A stretch of 64,000 nt of DNA from Eremomyces bilateralis CBS 781.70 (lineage: Eukaryota), in the NCBI GenBank assembly GCA_010015585.1, contig ML975155.1; one strand, 5' to 3'. The position numbers were made by a program, and so were the translations under genes. Under the pieces are notes generated by a model that worked only from the letters and a program-made list of their open reading frames with translations, searched no databases and was not told where the DNA came from. Within the stretch, counting starts at the first letter, position 1. Every line of letters starts with the position of its first letter. Of the stretch, positions 63,066 through 64,000 are shown piece after piece.

Positions 63066-63684
63066 AGTATCTTTTTACTTTTTAGGCTCCTCGTGGTTGG
63101 AATAGTGACGGGAAGCTGGAATGAAAAGCCATGGCGCATTCATAGCCTGCTATCGATATTATCTTATTGTCTATTGACATTTACCTGCGGGAATAAGGCT
63201 CACGCATAGGCGACAAATATTACACGATTGTATCATACATTGTTATGCCAAACGCTCGCATGAATGCACTGTTCACACCACCCAACGTCCCAACCTGCAC
63301 CACAACTCCTCTCCATACATTTTCCCGCTCTTCAACTTCTCGAACCCTCTGACAACGCCCTCTTCGGTGCATTCAATCCATGCCTAGGCACCAGGAGTTG
63401 ATAGGTAAATAGGACTCTCCTGAACCAAGTCAGAAACGGGACTGTTCGACACCATCCACGTGATCACATCAGGTGACAGCGCGCTAGACTGGAAATCTGT
63501 CATGTGCGCTAGACCCAAACAGGTTGACCCCATAACATCCTCCCCCGACTTGAACGGTTCCATGCCGAATCTCAAATTCGTTATGTTAACCTACCTGTAT
63601 TATTACCTCGTGAACTCCTGCGCGATCCCGTCAGACCATCTTGAGTTCCCCTAGTCGCCGCGCCGCCCAGGCAGGTCAATCATC

Positions 63685-64000
63685 ATGCCGCGTCCGAAAC
63701 GAAAGAAAGTAGTATCGGCAGACGCGGTCAAGACGACGCGTGTGACGCGCAATCAATCCCTCCCCTCCGCCGATCACCAAGGTGCTGTGGCAAAACCGGC
63801 CACAAAGAGAGGCGCAACGAAGCAGAAGACATCTCCACGAACTGAAGATGCCTTGGACAACTTGACAATGGCTGGCGGTTTACCCACGAACTCGGCTTCA
63901 AGTGGGGGTGTGGGGAGCGGCCATGAAGAAGGTCATGCGCCAGGTCGTGGGCCACCAAAAGCAACCGGAAATAGAGGACTCGGTGAACCAAAAAAGAGAC
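63685..64000 (+). CDS. 5' part of a gene truncated by the window end; basic, low-complexity N-terminus
   Basis: catcATG followed by MPRPKRKKVV (SV40-like NLS); frame stays open to base 64000. Confidence 0.6.
   Translation, partial: MPRPKRKKVVSADAVKTTRVTRNQSLPSADHQGAVAKPATKRGATKQKTSPRTEDALDNLTMAGGLPTNSASSGGVGSGHEEGHAPGRGPPKATGNRGLGEPKKR

Overview
Eukaryotic genomic DNA from a filamentous ascomycete (Pezizomycotina-like). Genes have short GT-AG introns with CTAAC/CTGAC branch sites, so the ORF track only captures fragments. Bases ~3-27 kb are a housekeeping block: RING protein, 2OG-Fe(II) oxygenase, GMPPA-like mannose-1-P guanylyltransferase, intron-containing tRNA-Ala(AGC), myosin V, Ser3, Nap1, Sut1-like transporter and Nop2, preceded by a FAR1/MULE-derived gene. 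Bases ~27-64 kb are more accessory or metabolic: a 364-bp TA-flanked MITE, hexose transporter, Zn2Cys6 factor, secreted FAD oxidase, peroxisomal acyl-CoA dehydrogenase, small Cys-rich ORF, disrupted F-box gene, L-galactonate dehydratase with an upstream GARE motif, rhodanese/Cdc25-like protein, peroxisomal enoyl-CoA hydratase, SAP30, a RIP-damaged pogo/Fot1 transposon, an orphan ORF, laccase, bZIP factor, PLC-like phosphodiesterase and a gene cut by the window end. The most unusual signal is the pogo/Fot1 element: its perfect 31-32 bp GC-rich TIRs are not flanked by the canonical TA but apparently by a 3-bp CGG duplication inside a palindromic site. All calls come from reading the sequence and recognising motifs; no database searches were run.
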